Shown piece by piece: positions 23,635 to 36,888 of a stretch of DNA of 64,000 bases. The stretch's first letter is position 1. Each line of letters starts with the position of its first letter. The notes beneath the pieces are model-generated. The model was not told the origin of the DNA, ran no database searches, and saw only the letters and a list, made by a program, of their open reading frames with translations. The translations under genes were made by a program, and so were the position numbers. Source of the DNA: Mobula hypostoma (Eukaryota). Location: contig NC_086118.1 in assembly GCF_963921235.1 (NCBI RefSeq), positions 25,918,001 through 25,982,000 on the forward strand. Reading direction: 5' to 3'.

Positions 23635-24922
23635 CTAAGAAACACAAATATGTTGATTTTGTAGCATTGTTACTGATTTTGACAAATCTATCTAACAGCA
23701 GTGAGTAAACTTAATAACATTTCAAACTCGTTTACTTGTGACCATAAATTCATTGGTACATTCACGAAAAGAAATCAATGGATGGAAAGGGAAATTGTTG
23801 AACTTCTGTCACATTTCTGAAAGAGTTTTTCTGGGAGTAGAAATGTTAATAGGAGTTGATTCTATCAAAATATAACTAAATGGAAAACCTAGTTTCTGAC
23901 CATAATGTCTGAAAATTTTAAATGGCACATCTTGCACATCCAAGGATATCAAAGATTTTGGGGAGAAAGCAGGAGAAGGGGTTGAGAGGGATATTAAATC
24001 AGCCATGGAGCAGACTCAATGGGCCTAATTCTGCTCTACTGTCTTAACAGAGATGGTAATGTCTTAATTGCTATAACAGGGGCTGATTGTGATGGTTTTT
24101 CCAAACTTGAAAATTATGTGAATCTCTCATCGTAAGTGTAACATGAGCCCACAACATAAAAAAGGCATTTTCAAAAATTGTCTCAACTAAGACGGCAGTA
24201 TTTGGATGCTAAGAACTGACTTTAGTGAAGCCTGACCGAGATGCTGGAGGTTTGGTGGACAAGCAAAGTTTTCAAGGTGTTTACAGGGTAGATGTAGGAA
24301 TGACATTGCTCTTTGAAAGGAGAAGGCCAGAAATGATTTAATTAATAAATGATACCACATATTTTAATATAAAAATTAATAGACAAACTGCATACAGCAA
24401 AATTCTGATTATCTCTACCTATTTGGAAATCCAGATGGTTCTGCATCTGTCTTGAAAGGTAATGTTACTACACTCCCTCCCCACTCTCCTCTCATGCAAT
24501 AACACCCCAGATCCCATTGCCTGACTCTTACACTTCCTTCCGCTCATCAAGACCCTGATTTCTCACATTTTTATCCACTCACCAGGGCCCTGTTTCCCTT
24601 GCTCCAGGATGCTGGATCCTGCACACCATTTTGCTAACCAGGGCCCTGTTTCCTGAACTCCTATCCCACTTACCTGATTCAATGAAAAATATTATCCTTC
24701 TGTTTATCAAATAAAAAAGTAAATTAACAGAAGCACTTGATAGATATCACATCCAATTGACCAGAAGATCTGCAGTGAGTTCGGACAATGATGGATTATT
24801 AGAGTCTTACTGATATTGAGGAGACTAAAGCTGGAAGCAGATGGTGGATCCCCACAACAAGTGGAGCTTTTTCTATTTTAAACATTGCTTTCACAAATTC
24901 TGGCTTTTATTTTAATAAATAC

Positions 24923-25382
24923 CTCAAGGAATGAAAAGCCTTCGCTAATCTTCCCAAAATGCAGTCATTTCCAATTACTATGACTCGGGCAGTGTTGGGC
25001 TTCAGATGCTTGATGCCAAATGACATCACATTGCAACCAAACTTCCGATGAAGAGTCATATCATTGCTTGTTGCATTATTGTCATAAATATCTGGAAAAC
25101 ACAGCACATTTTCAGAATCGTGGTTTCTTTTCTTCACACAGCCTTTTCTGGAAAGTTTGGTCTGATTCCTGTCACTGGACCTCGAAGGTGATGCATCATT
25201 TCCAACAGTCGGATCCCCACAATCTCTAACTATGCCACTGTCTGTTGACAGAACTGACAATCGCGTTTGTTCAAAGTTGCGACCATCTGTTGTTTCACTC
25301 AGCTCAGAAGTGTCTGAGTCACTGTAAATGAAATCCTGGCAACCATCAAGTTGATTTTTAGCAAATTGCACCAGTTCCTTCC
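24923..25382 (-). CDS. PIK3R6: PIK3R6 large central exon: KELVQFAK...RLSVLSTDSGIVRD...TARVIVIGNDCILGRLAKAFHSLR
   Basis: ttcttgcag/gtattt boundaries, 460 nt, phase 1-2; lies within ORF 24907-25419; carries diagnostic p84 motifs. Confidence 0.94.
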
Positions 25383-26706
25383 CTGCAAGAAACAAACCAA
25401 CAGTATTAGTAAGAGGCAAAACAATCTAAGTGGGTAATTTTACAGGATATTCTATCAACTTTAAATAGCAGCAAGTTAGGAATTTGTCTTCACATTAGGC
25501 AGCACAAGAGGTACAAATAATTATAAGTAAATCTATATGTGGAAAGAGAAACAATTTAAGATTCAAGCCAATAAGCTTCACACTATTTTGTAATTTTAAG
25601 CAGTTCACCATCGTTCGAACACAATGAAAATAGATTGGAATTTTGATAAGGATGCAAATTGAACAAGATTCTTTGTCCCTCCAATAGTGCATCATTCAAT
25701 CATTTCACCACAAGACAATGAAGCCAAAGGCACAGGAAATTATTGAATTAGCTTCACTCATCAGGGAAGACTTTATATGCAACACTGGTACAAAGAATGC
25801 AAAGGAAATCACATAACTTCAGGGCCTTTTCAGGAAATGAAGAATTGTAAAACAGTCAACTATGTTGCTGATTAGAAATGGATGCAGGGCGGAGGTTTAG
25901 TTTTGAGAAAGGATCTGCTTCTGGTACTAATGAGAATTGCAAATGATGGCTGGAGTGGGGTTTGTAACTAGGGAGCTCCAAAAAGTATTCAGGGGAAATG
26001 TTTGTAGAAGAGGTAGGATAACCACATGAGTCAAATTCTCAGCACTGAGCAGTGACCTGTGTAGGAAGGATCCTTTTAAATCATGCAACTGCAGAACAAG
26101 CCTGGGTAGAAAAGTAGCAGCAATTGTTGCACTTTATATCAATTTTACCCAAACTTCTCCCATCAGTAAGCTAAATAAGTTTTTGCTAGGGGCAAACGTT
26201 ACCTGTATACCTAATACTTGAAATAGTCATCTGTGCATTTTGAGGAAATGTACTAAACAAATTATGTGGTGTAATTCAATCTGGAAAGTCATGAATTTAC
26301 ACCCTACCTTAGGAGAAGAGTCATTTTCATTCACAGAGTGCTGAAAAAGCAGTCCTATATGACAACGTTCTCAGGCAAAATTACTTCAGTGTGGGAATCG
26401 GAGCATTTTTGGCTCATGAACCTCACACAATAACCAGCAGTGGTTATTTGGCATGTCAATCAATAGAATTGTGTGCAAAAACTAAACTGTCGAAGATGTA
26501 TGTGTACGTGCATCAGCATGCATTTGTGTCTATGTGCATGGAGAGATGAAAGGATATTTAATCCTTTAATCTCTCTTTATACAATTTTCATAGTGAGGTA
26601 GTGAAATGCCTTACATAGAGGTTTTGAGGAGGGAGAAAGGCAAAATTTCTCAATGGACCAAGTAAGATTTCAGTACTGGGGGAAAAAACACACCATTCCC
26701 ATCTTA

Positions 26707-27120
26707 GCAACACACACAAAATGCTGGAAGAACTCAGCACACCAGGCAGTATCTATGGAAAAGAGTAAACAGTTGATGTTTCAGGCCGAGACCCTTCATC
26801 AAGACTAGAGAAGAAAAGATGATATCAGGGTAAGAAGGTGGGGGGAACAGAGGAAGAAATACAAGGTAGTTAATAAATGAAACTGAGAGAGGGGGAGTGG
26901 TGAAGTAAAGAGCTAGGGAGTCGATTGGTGAAAGCGATAAAGAGCTGGGAAAAGGGAAGTCTGATAAGAGAGGACAGAAGGGCATGGAAGAAAGGGAAGT
27001 GGGAGGAGCACCCAAGGGAGGTGATAGGCAGGTAAGGAGATAAGGTAAGAGGGAAATGGGAATGGGGAATGGTGAAGATGGGGGGCACATTACCAGAAAT
27101 TTGAGAAATCACTGTTCATA
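26707..27120 (-). mobile_element. Penelope-like 3' UTR/pLTR fragment with a variant hammerhead core
   Basis: pLTR motif plus AGUC-UUGAUGA-AGGgucucggCCU-GAAA-C-AUC at about 26770-26805 on the minus strand. Confidence 0.75.
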
Positions 27121-27531
27121 TTTGAAATTTATTATCTTTGCTGGAAGCAGAACATAAATCACTGCATTGAATTTCAGATTTCCTTGTTATGAGCTGTAAA
27201 CCAGTCATTGCCAATCTTTCTTCAAAAGGCAATATTTGAAATATTGGATACTTGATCTCACAATCTACCTTGTTTTGATCTTGCACCTGCACTGCACTTT
27301 CTCTGTATCTCTTACACTTTATTCTGTACTGTTTTGTTTTCCCTTATTCTACTTCACTGTACTGTCTAATGATCTAATCTATATGAATTATATGCGAGAC
27401 CAGCTTTCCATCGTTTCTCAGTACATGTGACAATAATAAACCAATTTTATAATTATATAATTTTATAATTATTCCACTAAATCATCATTTTTAATCCACA
27501 CATACACAGTATCAGACCAAAGTATACTCAC

Positions 27532-27618
27532 ACAGGAGGTCATCTTCCTTCCACATAAAAAAGCTGATATTTGGATTTGGCAGTGGAATATTCTGTAGCC
27601 TTTCACTTGAAGAAGACA
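27532..27618 (-). CDS. PIK3R6: PIK3R6 exon: VSSSSERLQNIPLPNPNISFFMWKEDDLLW
   Basis: atttcag/gtgagt boundaries, 87 nt, phase 1-1; similar to IPLPSPYITFHLWTGEEQLW. Confidence 0.92.
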
Positions 27619-28160
27619 CTGAAATATACCAATCAAGAGAAAACTACCTCAGTGTTCTAAAAAAACATTTCAAAAATGGGTCATGGAATTGCATTGTATG
27701 ACATTTTATTGTTGAAAGTGATGACGATAACAACTCAACACATTTGAATTAAATGGACAGATCTTTTAATCCATGAGCAAGATTTATAAATTACTGGGAA
27801 GCTCAGCATATAGTGCTTATCCTTCATTTCTATTAACTGACTGGCCCCTTGGGCATTTCAATGTGCAATTAAACATTGCTCTGACACTGGAATCACACTT
27901 AGGCCAAACCAAGTAAGGACAATGGCTCTTATATCCCAGCTGAGAATGGGGAATTAGTAAGGTTTTCAAGACAATCCAGATACAGTCAGTCACAGCTATT
28001 GAAAGTAGTCTTTTATTCTAGATTATTACATTTAACTAAATTTTAATAGCCCAGCTGCCAAGGAATATTTTTACCTGTTGTCTCCCAGATCATTATTCCT
28101 GCTAGAACAAATATCATAACCCCCTTTCAGATGAGTAACAAAACAACTACTCTAACCTAC

Positions 28161-28317
28161 CTTGTTGTGCAGAGCTGATTATTGCCCTGTAAAGTTGTTG
28201 CAATTTGCTACTGTGCTTCCTGTGGGCTGTAGTAACTTCCTCTGAAGAAAAACATGACTGCTCGGTGACAGCAACCACTTCTTGGAAATAGTGCTCAATC
28301 ATGTTATAGGGTTTATT
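28161..28317 (-). CDS. PIK3R6: PIK3R6 exon: NKPYNMIEHYFQEVVAVTEQ...LQQLYRAIISSAQQ
   Basis: ttcacag/gtaggt boundaries, 157 nt, phase 0-1; similar to LEHYFHAVVAALEQ. Confidence 0.91.
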
Positions 28318-30709
28318 CTGTGAAGCAATGCTATTAATAGTCAGTGGGGTCATATTACAATATTTAAAATCACAACCACCTTTGTAGTACTTCAGTTGAA
28401 GAATAAACCTGTCCAATAAGCTTTGATTAAGCATAAGGATTTAAGTCCAGCTTTGATGGATGGTGCAGGTTATATCCTGCACCCTTTCTTGCTGTCCATC
28501 AATTAATACACATGAAATGGAGAAAATAACTCAGAATTCTTCCACACCACCAGAAGTGTGAACATATATAAATGAGTATGTGACCTTCTGAAGCACACAC
28601 ACCGTGGTATACACGTTCAGTCCTAGTGATGTGTATCTAGCTTAACAGTGATGCAACATCTCATAAGCTTAGAAGATAAAATTAACTGTAACTACTCAGT
28701 ATGCCTCAGAGGTATAGAGAGCTGACAAATATACAGGGTTTCTCAATGTCTATTAAAACAAACATACAAAAAAGTCAAAGTGGAAGTAATTGTTTTGTAC
28801 ATGCATTTGAAAGAGATAATGGATCATCACAGTTACAAACTACATCTTAAAACTTCTAATTAAAATAATAAGAGTTTATTGCAAAAGTTTAATTAAAACT
28901 AAAAAGTAAGGAACAATGCTCTCATATTTGAAGTTAATGGCACAAAAGTTGTTTGCTCAATACTCACAAACTTTATCTTCTGATACCCCATTCTTACTAA
29001 AAGCAACAAAACCATATTCCAGAAGCACATGCTAAAACATCTTAAAAATTCTAAACTAGAAACCTATTAAATGTGCAGAACATGATGATTCACGTCAGGG
29101 GCTTAAAATCATTGAGGGTAAAGCTCACTCAACATTTTAAGAGAAATTAAATCATTGCAAAATTAAAGGCTTACTTTTGTAAAGTGTAATTACAAGCCAC
29201 CGAGTGGAAGTATTTTTTAAAGTGCCAATTAACTCAAACATTTTATTGTCTACCAATGACAGCCGGACAATTTTATCAAAAATTTTAAATTAACTGACCA
29301 CTCTTGTTACAGGAAGAACGCAAGAGAATGAGGTTGAGTAGAATAGTAGATCTGCCATGGTGGAGAAGACATGATGGGCCAAATGGCCTAATTCTGCTCC
29401 TATGTCTTATGGTCTTATATCATGGAGCCAACAGCAACAAAACAATGTCCCAAAATTCATTGAAAGTGTTGAGCTGCCTACACTTATCACTCGTTCACTT
29501 ACATTGTTCGAATCTCCTCACAATAGTTTTCTTGCAAAAGCCAACCGTCTTCCTACCAAAGACAGCCTATAGAATGCATAGAATGTTACACGTACATCTT
29601 CCTCTCTTGTTACAGTCAACAAAAAGCTTACACATCAAAATGTTGAAAAAAAATCTTTTGACGGGTAACTGAGCTATGCCTCTCCTTCGGTAGATTGTCA
29701 AAGCAGTCAGTTTTTAGAAATGTTTCTGAATGGTAGAAACATTTGAAAACAATTAGAATGTGATCAAATTGTCTAGTCCATTGTTATACTGTAGTTGGTT
29801 TTAAATATTTACAAATGTATACCACTTTTTAAAGATAGTTCGGGTGTTTCTTAAATTCTACATCAATATCTCAAAATATCCATGAAAACGCATGACTTCA
29901 ATTCTTGATATTTTTCATCACCCATTTTCACCAGAGTAGTTGAAGGTTTCTAGCATATCTAAAAAAAATTTCTTTATGCTTATACTAAATTATTGTTGCA
30001 TGTTTTTCACGTTTTCATTTTTTCCAACTTGGCCTTGGGTTTTCTTAAAACATCTAAGCTCAGGTTAATGCTTCCAGCCAAAACTGTAAACTATTTTGAC
30101 CTGTGGTGTCTGAGCAGAGATTGCATTATGATTGCTTAATCAATTGAGCGCACAACTTTTTTAAACAGAAGTTTTCTTTCCGACATTACTTGGTTAATAA
30201 ATGTCAAAGCTTTATTGGCATTAAACCCATATTCAAACTTGCAGAACAGAATAATGTGTGAGATATACAATTTAATTCCATCTCATTAGTAACATGATTT
30301 AGTCTTGCTATCTGAACTTCAAACTTTATAAATCGAAGTGGCAGATCTTAAATGGGAACTGTGTGCTGCAGCTCAATTGTCCTTTTCACTCTTTAATTCT
30401 GCTTGAATTGACTCTTCGTGTGCAAGACCACAGGTGATTGGCACATTTTAAAGGTCTCTTTACTTGTCTTCTCTAGCTTTGGCAGAAGCTGTAAAAGCCA
30501 CACTATTATGATATGAGAATGCACCATGAAAATGTATTCTTCCTCTAACTGATACATATTAGTGTAATCACTCCATACTATTATCTAATGTTCAGTTACA
30601 TATTAACATTAATGATTAAATAATGTTCTATTAATGTTTGAAGATTTTTTAAAATCACCCGTGGGATTTGTCAACTAAGTATCAGGATGTATTTGACCAT
30701 CATGCCTAC

Positions 30710-30893
30710 CTGCAAGGCTTCATCCAGTTTGCTGATGTCACAATTCTCTCCCAGTGTTGCTTGAATGCTGTGCTTTATAATATGACTCATATAATCAGCA
30801 GATGTGTCACTGAGGCTCACTGAGCGGATCTCATTGTGAAGAGCATTAATGACTTCTTCAGAGATAAGATCAGGATCAGCAAAGATGAAAATT
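30710..30893 (-). CDS. PIK3R6: PIK3R6 exon: IFIFADPDLISEEVINALHNEI...ATLGENCDISKLDEALQ
   Basis: ttggcag/gtaggc boundaries, 184 nt, phase 2-0; similar to VFLFVDPELVS...ALGEAC. Confidence 0.93.
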
Positions 30894-31506
30894 CTGCCAA
30901 AGGAAAATACATCAATGCTATCAAAGTATTCCAAATACTTTTGGTAGGCAATGGTATCCTTCAATGGGCAACATCACAAAAACATTGCTCCCCCTTTATA
31001 ATTAAGAATTGGAACAGGATTTGAGCATTCAGCCCTCATAATTAGGCTGCTATTTAGTAAGATCGATCTGCTCCCTCAGTGTTATCTTCGCACAATAGCC
31101 TTAGATTTCCTGAATAATCAAAAACATATCAATCTCTGAATGAGATATACTGGAACTTGAGCTTTGACAGTCCTCTTATACAGAGAATACCAAAAATTTA
31201 TTACCACAGAATGAAGGAATTTTTTTTTTGTTATTTCAGTGTGAAATAGCCAGCTTTATTTTGACACTGATCACTGGTTTTGGACAACCCAGTCAGTGAA
31301 ACATTATCCCAGTCTCTATGGCAATAAGCCTTTTAAAAATGTTACAGATTTCAAGATCATCATTTCTCATTCTTTTGTTCTGAGGAGACTGTTCAACCTC
31401 TTCTCACAGAACAACCCAATCTTCCTCATAGAAATCAACCTGATGAATTTCAATCACAAGGTTGGAAGACTGCACCTGTACATAACAATCCAGGTGTGGC
31501 TTGACC

Positions 31507-32914
31507 AAAAGCTTGGGCACCCTGCATGGTCAGTACTTAGTAACACCCCCCTTGGCAAGTATTACAGCTTGTAAACACTTTCTGTAGCCAGCAAAGAGTG
31601 TTTCAATTCTCGTTTGGGGGATTTTCGCCCATTCTTCCTTGCAAAAGGCTTCTAGTTCTGTTAGATTCTTAGGCTGTCTTGCATGCACTGCTCTTTTGAG
31701 GTCTATCCACAGATTTTTGATGATGCTTAGGTTGGGGGTCTGTGAGGACCGTGGCAAAACCTTCAGCTTGCGCCTCTTGAGGTAGTCCACTGTGGATTTT
31801 GAGGTGGGTTTAGGATCATTATCCTGTTGTAGAAGCCATCCTCTTTTCAACTTCAGCTTTTTTACAGACGGTGTGATGTTTACTTCCAGAATTTGCTGGT
31901 ATTTAATTGAATTCATTCTTCCCTCTACCAGTGAAATCTTCCCCGTGCCACTGGCTGCAACACAAGCGCAAAGCATGATTGATCCACCCCCGTGCTTAAC
32001 AGTTGGAGAGGTGTTCTCTTCATGAAATTCTGCACCCTTTTTTCTCCAAACATACCTTTGCTCATTGCGGCCAGGAAGTTCTATTTTAGCTTCATCAGTC
32101 CACAGGACTTGTTTCCAAAATGCATGAGGCTTGTTTAGGTGTTCCTTTGCAAACTTCTGATGCTGAATTTTGTGGTGAGGATACAGGAAGGTTTTTCTTC
32201 TGATGACTCTTCCATGAAGGTCGTATTTGTGCAGGTATCGCTGCACAGTAGAACAGTGCACCACCACTCCAGAGTCTGCTAAATCTTTCTGAAGGTCTTT
32301 TGCAGTCAAACGGGGGTTTTGATTTGCCTTTCTAGCAATCCTATGAGCAGTTTTCTTGGTTTTCCAGAGCTCAACTTGACCTTCACCATTCCTGTTAACT
32401 GCCATTTCTTAATTACATTATGAACTGAGGAAACAGCTACCTGAAAATGCTTTGCTATCTTCTTATAACCTTCTCCTGTTTGTGGGCATCATTTATTTTA
32501 ATTTTCAGAGTGCTAGACAGCTGCTTAGAGGAGCCCATGGCTGCTGATTGTTGGGACAAAGTTTGAGGAGTCAGCGTATTTATAAGGCTTTGAAATTTGC
32601 AGCACCTGGGCTTTCCTAACGATGATTGTGAACAAGCCATAGCCCTAACAAGCTGTTTAAGGTCTGAGACCTTGGTAAAAGTTATCTGAGAGCTCCAATC
32701 TCTTGGGGTGCCCAGACCTTTGCATGGTGCTCCTTTCCTTTTTTTTCACTCCATAATTGTACAAAACAAAAATAATACACTAATCTTGCTTAAAATGTTG
32801 AAAAGAATATTTCATCTTTAACTTTATGACTTTTGGAGATCAGTTTATCTTCTACTTACTTAACTATTCACAGTAACATAAATTTTGACCAGGGATGCCC
32901 AAACTTTTGCATGC

Positions 32915-32919
<5 letters not shown>
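31507..32919 (-). mobile_element. Tc1 DNA transposon (IR/DR type), outer left TIR missing
   Basis: Right terminal region of about 220 bp with outer repeat (32891-32919) and inner repeat (about 32705-32725). Only the inner repeat AAAAGCTTGGGCACCC (31507-31522) remains on the left. Confidence 0.9.
31530..32538 (-). pseudogene. Tc1 DD34E transposase, inactivated
   Basis: WTDEAK, KHGGGSIM and QQDNDPK are present, but SPDLNPIENLW has decayed to TPNLSIIKNLW (catalytic E to K). The N-terminus (MGSSKQLSSTLKIKI, ATG 32538) is frameshifted from the 291-aa ORF. Confidence 0.9.
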
Positions 32920-32962
<43 letters not shown>

Positions 32963-32976
32963 GCATGCAAAAGTTT
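32901..32976. repeat. 76-bp perfect palindrome: Tc1 TIR tip, (TA)21, inverted TIR tip
   Basis: AAACTTTTGCATGCCAC (TA)21 GTGGCATGCAAAAGTTT. Confidence 0.9.
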
Positions 32977-33024
32977 ACATACACACACACACTGTACATT
33001 CGCCAGAATTAGGGAAATAAGGTC

Positions 33025-33913
33025 TGTGACTAGAATACACATAGATTAAGATGTTAGCTGTCTGTGCTGGCACCAGTGGGATCAGCAGTTGGTCTGCCAC
33101 CTGTCTTCAGGAGAAAGGGAGATAAGGAAAACAATGGAGCAGCATTTGGAGATGTTAATTAAGGGACGGAAGGAGAGCTGTCAAGAGCGGCCCCCCCTTT
33201 GAACCCTGAACTGTTTGAAGTGATGGACAGGCGATACCCCAGCAGGGGGATAAAAAGGGACAGGTTCGCTAAGGCAAGACACACACGACACCACGAGGTA
33301 ACGAGACCCTGGAAGCGGTGGGCCTCCCATAAGTCGGTGGGAGGTTTTGGAGGGCTGGTTGCGGGACCAAGCCATAGACGCACAGGGTGGAAAGGTACGA
33401 TCGGCGGGAACCTGGTGTGTGTCCGCCCTTGCCTGGGTGCCAGGTTCACCGCAGAGAAACGATCGTATCTGGAAACGGAGGGGTTGCGGTCGGTGACCTC
33501 AGAAGACATCACAAAGGGCTCGCTCGAAAGCTGACTGCGAAGAATATCGAAGGTCTGTGTGGAAGCCGTTTGAATATTCATTTGTTTTTGCTCTCTCTCT
33601 CTTTCCCCCCCACTGTCCATCTCCCACGGCAGTGATTACAGTGAACTGAACTGAACTCAATTGAACTGAACTTTGCGTCACTTTGAAACTGGTCATTTAC
33701 CCCTAGACGACGATAGAGCTTGATTGATCCTGTTATCCTAATTCTGTGTACATGTGTGTTTATCATTGCTGAACTGTTGCATTTATTATCCTTTTGATTA
33801 GAGTACTGTGTTGCTTGTTTCTTTAATAAAACTTTCTTAGTTCTAGTAATCCAGACTCCAACTGAGTGATCCATTTCTGCTGGTTTGGCAACCCAGTTAC
33901 GGGGTACGTAACA
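33025..33913 (+). mobile_element. Solo LTR (Gypsy- or class I ERV-type), 889 bp
   Basis: TGTGAC...GTAACA termini, 4-bp TSD GGTC (33021-33024 and 33914-33917), AATAAA near 33825, CpG-rich, no internal coding region. Confidence 0.85.
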
Positions 33914-36079
33914 GGTCAAACTTCCCATAATACCTGAGCCCATGTGGATGTTTACAGATAACAATCTGTAATTTGTATTCACAAGCTAAGTAGAGGGAAA
34001 AGTAAACTTCCTCACCAGAACTCTTAGCTTTCTCATTATCTTGTGACTCGCCCTGTTTTGTTCCTACTGTTGTTAGTGTTCTAATAAATCTCTTTCTTTG
34101 TCGTTTTAAGATTTAAGCACAATGTTTAAACACTTTTTATATTTTTACATTACCCACTCATTGGACATGAGAATTGTTACCTTCAGTCTCAAAACTGAAA
34201 CTCCTGAAATTCATGTTTTCCTTTTTCCTATAACCTCAAATCTTCCAAAATAGCTGCATCCTAAATACAAACAAATTTCAATTTTCTCCCTTACTATTTC
34301 AATTACATTGGTAGTTTGGACTTTAATACTTTGTGATTAGCTTCACTCTAAATGGGGAATAATGTCAAAAAACATGTCAGTATCATATCATATACCCTGC
34401 AAAAATAAATCATAAAATTAGTCAAAAAGGCATTTGCAATAACATTGAGAGGTTTACATGAATAACAAACTGGGGTGGCACGGTAGCATAGTGGTTAGCA
34501 CACGGCTTTTCAGGACTAGAAACCCAGGTTCGATTTCCATCACTGCTTGTAAGGAGTTTGAACATTCTCCCCCTGACCAAATGGATTTCCTCCAGGTGTT
34601 CTGGTTTCCTGCCCAGTCCAAAGATGTACTGGTTGGTAGGTTAATTGATTATTGTAAATTGTCCCGTGACTAGGCCTGGATTAAATCACGGGTTGCTCAG
34701 CAGCGTGGCTCGAAAGAGTCAGGCGGCCTACTCTGCACAGTATCTCAATAAAAAAATAAATAAAAACATCAAATATTCTCTTCCTCTAGCAGGCAGACAG
34801 CTACAACACTACTTGGCTTCAGGGAAGTGGAATCGATATTTATTTTTACTCAAACAGGTTTGCAAGTCCTAGTCAATGAGACACCTGACAAGAGGAGCAT
34901 TAGTAGTGCTTAGCAACCGGCCAGATCCACTTATGAAAAGCCTGAGACGTACCCCTCCAGTTTTCTCCAGGAGTAAGAATACCTGCACAATGCTGTTGCA
35001 TTTAATACCCCCACAATGTAGGAAGAAGAAATATAAAGAATCCACCGCTGAGGTCAATAAAATGTTTCAATGCATACAAAATAAATGCAATTCAATATCT
35101 GCAAAGCACTGTTTACACCTGCAGCCCGTTCAGATGATCTTGTGCTGAGGCAGTTGAGAGTCAATGAGTCTTCACAGACAATGTTATGGTTCAACTTCTT
35201 TAAATTAAGTGTCACTCTTCAAGAAATTCATTGATGTTGTACCAAGCCACTTAAGTAACAGGAGGAAGGATTCATTCATCTTGACCTTACAGTCAGAACT
35301 GGTGGATACCCAAACAGAATAGAATTTCCTACCCTATTCTTGGTGTACTGTAATGAGGGTAATGACTGGAACGTTTGGTGGGTCTCTTGGCCTGAAATGG
35401 CAACTGATTTTGCAGGCTCTGGAACAGATGTCTATTCCAACCGGGGCTGCAAAATCTTCTCTACCTGCTCAACTTGGAGACATTACTATGATACTGGGCA
35501 GGGACAACCCTGAAAGAATTCTGAGCAACACACAAAAAATGCTGGAGGAACTCAGCAGGCCAGACAGCATCATTGGAAGAGTACAGTCGATGTTTCTGGC
35601 TGAGATCCTTCCTACAGTCGACGTCTCAGCCCGAAACGTTGACTGTTTACTCTTTTCCCTAGATGCTGCCTGGCCTGCTGAGTTCCTCCAGCATTTTGTG
35701 TGTTTTGCTTGGATTTCCAGCATCTGCAGATTTTCCCTTGTTTCTGGTAGAATTCTGCTTGTTTTGTTTCTTTTGTTTTATTAAACTCTGTTTGGAGCAG
35801 TACAAATTTGGACTGTGGCCAACAGCCTCTCTGCAGATTGCTCTGTTCTCAATAATAACTGTCCTTAGAAGCAACCGACTGGGAATGCTTTGATTCCATG
35901 AAAAATCTGGAGTCCCGAAAGACTCCTCAGGAGCAGGTTCTTAAGCACATTTCTGCCTCCTCGCCTATGGTCCCCAGATCATTTTGAGTAGCCACTACAA
36001 CACTGAGCAAAGAACTAAACTGATTTTGCAGCACTGCCTTAAGCTGTTATTAATTTGTCATCTATTTGATCATACTTAC

Positions 36080-36149
36080 TTTTCTCGGTGTGAAAAAGTG
36101 TCATTTTTTAGCCCATGTTCAGAAATAACTGCCCTTTGGTACAAAATGC
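36080..36149 (-). CDS. PIK3R6: PIK3R6 exon: GILYQRAVISEHGLKNDTFSHREK
   Basis: attacag/gtaagt boundaries, 70 nt, phase 1-2; similar to TLYQRMVIAEQNL. Confidence 0.91.
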
Positions 36150-36888
36150 CTGTAATATAATGGTCATTAATTAGATTAAACAGGTACACATTGAAAGCCA
36201 ACGTTAATCAATTTTGTTCTAATCCTTTATGTCCTTAACAGTTTGTGATTTCATATCTAAAGACAATATAATTTCTCAAATATCTTTAGTCAAAATAAAT
36301 CACTTTTCTAAACAGCTTAAAACAGTGAAATTTATCCTATTTTCTGAGAAATGCCATGATTTTTAGCAATGTGAATTTAACAATGCAATTTAACAAATTT
36401 AGATGTACATTCAACAAAGCTAATCTTTACAACATTTTTATTGAATTTTACATATATTTCACATATACAAATAAACAATAATAATTAAACTAAATAGTGA
36501 AACATGTCCTCATGTTTTTCACAATCAACAAAGGAAAAGAAATATAACATTTCACATGCTTCACATATTTAACAAAGAAGTAAAATAAAAACACATCAGA
36601 AAAAAAATGTAGAAGCACTCAACAACACAAAGCTATTTCAAAATGACTGTGCACCTTGACATCCAAGAAACTCCAATAAAGGTTTCCACACATTTTCAAA
36701 TTCTCCTGCCCTTCCTCTGGTTATAAAGCTAATCTTTAATGTATATTTAATAATTGATGATGCAAACACATTTGACAGAATAAACTTCTTAATAATCAGA
36801 AAACACCATGTTTGAAATATGCTAAAAATGGTCCAGGTTGTACAAGTTAGTGTAACGGTCTGTCCAACAGAAAAATATATTTCACCAG

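Noticed and set aside
31530..32405. Active or domesticated transposase
   Set aside because: Catalytic Glu lost, DNA-binding N-terminus frameshifted, and one TIR incomplete
33159..33982. Cluster of 65-153 aa ORFs as a viral or accessory gene
   Set aside because: All overlap a GC-rich solo LTR on both strands and show no recognisable domain
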